Assembly: GCA_963816355.1 (NCBI GenBank)
Contig: CAWFKH010000004.1
Span: forward strand, 128,001-192,000
Source of the DNA: an uncultured Gemmatimonadales bacterium
Lineage (GTDB): Bacteria > Gemmatimonadota > Gemmatimonadetes > Longimicrobiales > RSA9
Direction: 5' to 3'
DNA: 64,000 nucleotides
Part shown: one piece after another, positions 62,385 through 64,000 of the stretch
Numbering within the stretch: position 1 is the stretch's first letter
Layout of the letters: each line of letters starts with the position of its first letter
Translations under genes and position numbers: made by a program
The notes under the pieces: model-generated
Seen by the model: only the letters and a program-made list of their open reading frames with translations
Databases searched by the model: none
Told to the model about the DNA's origin: nothing

Positions 62385-64000
62385 TCACTTCATCTCCTCG
62401 ATCACCGCCGCGAGCTCGGCCGGCAGCGGCCGCACCGCCTCGCGCCGCACTCGCATCGCGCCGTCGTCGCCCTTCGAGACGACGAGGTTGTGCTTCCCCC
62501 ACTCCGCATCCTTCTGCGGGTGGTCGTCGCGGAAATGGGCGCCGCGGCTCTCGCGCCGCTCGAGCGCGCAGCGCGCGACCGCCTCCGCGACCGTCACGAG
62601 GTGGCGCAGGTCGAGCGCGGTGTTCCAGCCGGGGTTGTACTCCCGGTTGCCGACGACGCCGACCCGGGCGGCGCGCTCGCGCAGCTCCGCGATGCGGCCG
62701 ATCGCCCGCTCCATCTCCTCTTCGCGACGCACGATCCCGACGAGGTCCTGCATCGTGTCCTGCAGCTCGCGCTGGATCGCGTACGGATCGTCGCCCGGCG
62801 CCTCGCGCTCGAACGGCGCGAGCGCGGCCGCCGCGGTCTGCGCGGCCGCCGCGTCGTCGATGCGGCCGGGCGCGTGCTCGCGCGCCCACAGGGCGGCGTG
62901 CTCGCCCGCGCGCTTGCCGAAGACGAGCAGGTCCGAGAGGGAATTGCCGCCGAGCCGGTTCGCGCCGTGCAGCCCCGCCGCCGCCTCGCCCGCCGCGAAG
63001 AGGCCGGGCACGGTCGACATCTGCGTGTCCGCATCCACGCGCACGCCGCCCATGGCGTAGTGCGTGGTGGGCCCCACTTCCATCGCCTCGCGCGTGATGT
63101 CGATGTCGGCGAGCTGCTTGAACTGGTGGTACATGCTCGGCAGCTTGCGGCGGATGTGGGCTTCCGCCTCCGGCAGCCGCTCGCGGATCCACGCGATGTC
63201 GAGGAAAACGCCGCCGTGCGGGCTGCCGCGCCCCTCGCGCACCTCGCGCACGATCATGCGGGCCACGTGGTCGCGCGTCAGCAGCTCCGGCGGACGCCGC
63301 GCCTCGCGGTCGCCCTGCGTGTAGCGCCACCCCTCGTCCTCGTTGTCCGCGGTCTGGTCACGGTAGAGCGGCGGGATCTCGTCGAACATGAAACGCCGCC
63401 CCTCTGCGTTGCGGAGCACGCCCCCCTCCCCGCGTACGCCCTCGGTGACCAGGATGCCCCGCACGCTGGGCGGCCACACCATGCCCGTGGGATGGAACTG
63501 CACGAACTCCATGTCGATCAGGTCGGCGCCCGCGTCGTAGGCGAGGTCGTGACCGTCGCCGGTGTACTCCCACGAGTTGCTGGTGATGCGGAACGCGCGG
63601 CCGATGCCGCCGGTGGCGAGGACGACGGCGGCCGCGCGGAAGACGCGGAAGCGGCCGCGCTCGCGGTCGTAGGCGAAGGCGCCGGCGACGCGCTCGCCGT
63701 CCTTGAGCAGCCGCACGACCGTGCACTCCATGTGGAAGTCGATGCCGCGGTGCACGCCGTGGTCCTGCAGCGTGCGAATCATCTCGAGGCCGGTGCGGTC
63801 GCCCACGTGCGCCAGGCGCGGGTAGGCGTGGCCGCCGAAGTTGCGCTGCAGGATGCGGCCATCGGCGGTGCGGTCGAACAGCGCGCCCCACGCCTCCAGC
63901 TCGCGCACCCGCTCGGGCGCCTCCTTCGCGTGCAGCTCCGCCATGCGCCAGTTGTTGACGTACTGGCCGCCGCGCATCGTGTCGGCGAAATGGACGCGCC
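62385..64000 (-). CDS. sdhA: Succinate dehydrogenase/fumarate reductase flavoprotein subunit (5' partial)
   Basis: RNFGGH, ATGG, EFVQFHPT, TEGVRGEGG, HYAMGG, HGANRLGGNSL, ESRGAHFR. Confidence 0.92.
   Translation of the reverse strand, partial: RVHFADTMRGGQYVNNWRMAELHAKEAPERVRELEAWGALFDRTADGRILQRNFGGHAYPRLAHVGDRTGLEMIRTLQDHGVHRGIDFHMECTVVRLLKDGERVAGAFAYDRERGRFRVFRAAAVVLATGGIGRAFRITSNSWEYTGDGHDLAYDAGADLIDMEFVQFHPTGMVWPPSVRGILVTEGVRGEGGVLRNAEGRRFMFDEIPPLYRDQTADNEDEGWRYTQGDREARRPPELLTRDHVARMIVREVREGRGSPHGGVFLDIAWIRERLPEAEAHIRRKLPSMYHQFKQLADIDITREAMEVGPTTHYAMGGVRVDADTQMSTVPGLFAAGEAAAGLHGANRLGGNSLSDLLVFGKRAGEHAALWAREHAPGRIDDAAAAQTAAAALAPFEREAPGDDPYAIQRELQDTMQDLVGIVRREEEMERAIGRIAELRERAARVGVVGNREYNPGWNTALDLRHLVTVAEAVARCALERRESRGAHFRDDHPQKDAEWGKHNLVVSKGDDGAMRVRREAVRPLPAELAAVIEEMK

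Overview
Very GC-rich bacterial chromosomal window. The gene repertoire (fused 2-oxoacid dehydrogenase E1, ADOP permease, PD40-amidohydrolase, Ser/Thr kinases) suggests Gemmatimonadota or a similar lineage; this is inference only. Most of the window is housekeeping, secreted-enzyme and signalling genes. It also holds a complete form I aerobic CO dehydrogenase cluster (xdhC-mocA-coxF/YHS-coxD-coxE-coxG-coxMSL, AYRCSFR motif, 40006-49579) and the end of an sdhAB/frdAB operon. The most unusual structures are four. (1) An ~800-bp unit (3271-4067) in which a four-helix-bundle (IVP/bAvd-like) gene sits between ~104-bp near-identical inverted repeats; solo copies of the repeat arm occur at ~5.6 kb and ~29.1 kb, and nearby gene ends show altered codon usage. 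(2) A catalytic-domain-only tyrosine recombinase at the left edge pointing toward a GTTAGCC core-like site and a lower-GC ORF, an integron-like layout. (3) A Clp-N/GntR fusion regulator with a perfect operator palindrome. (4) A pair of related effector-less STAND/AAA ATPases. Two genes (M28 peptidase, Ser/Thr kinase) carry single-base frameshifts. No rRNA, tRNA or CRISPR array was recognised.
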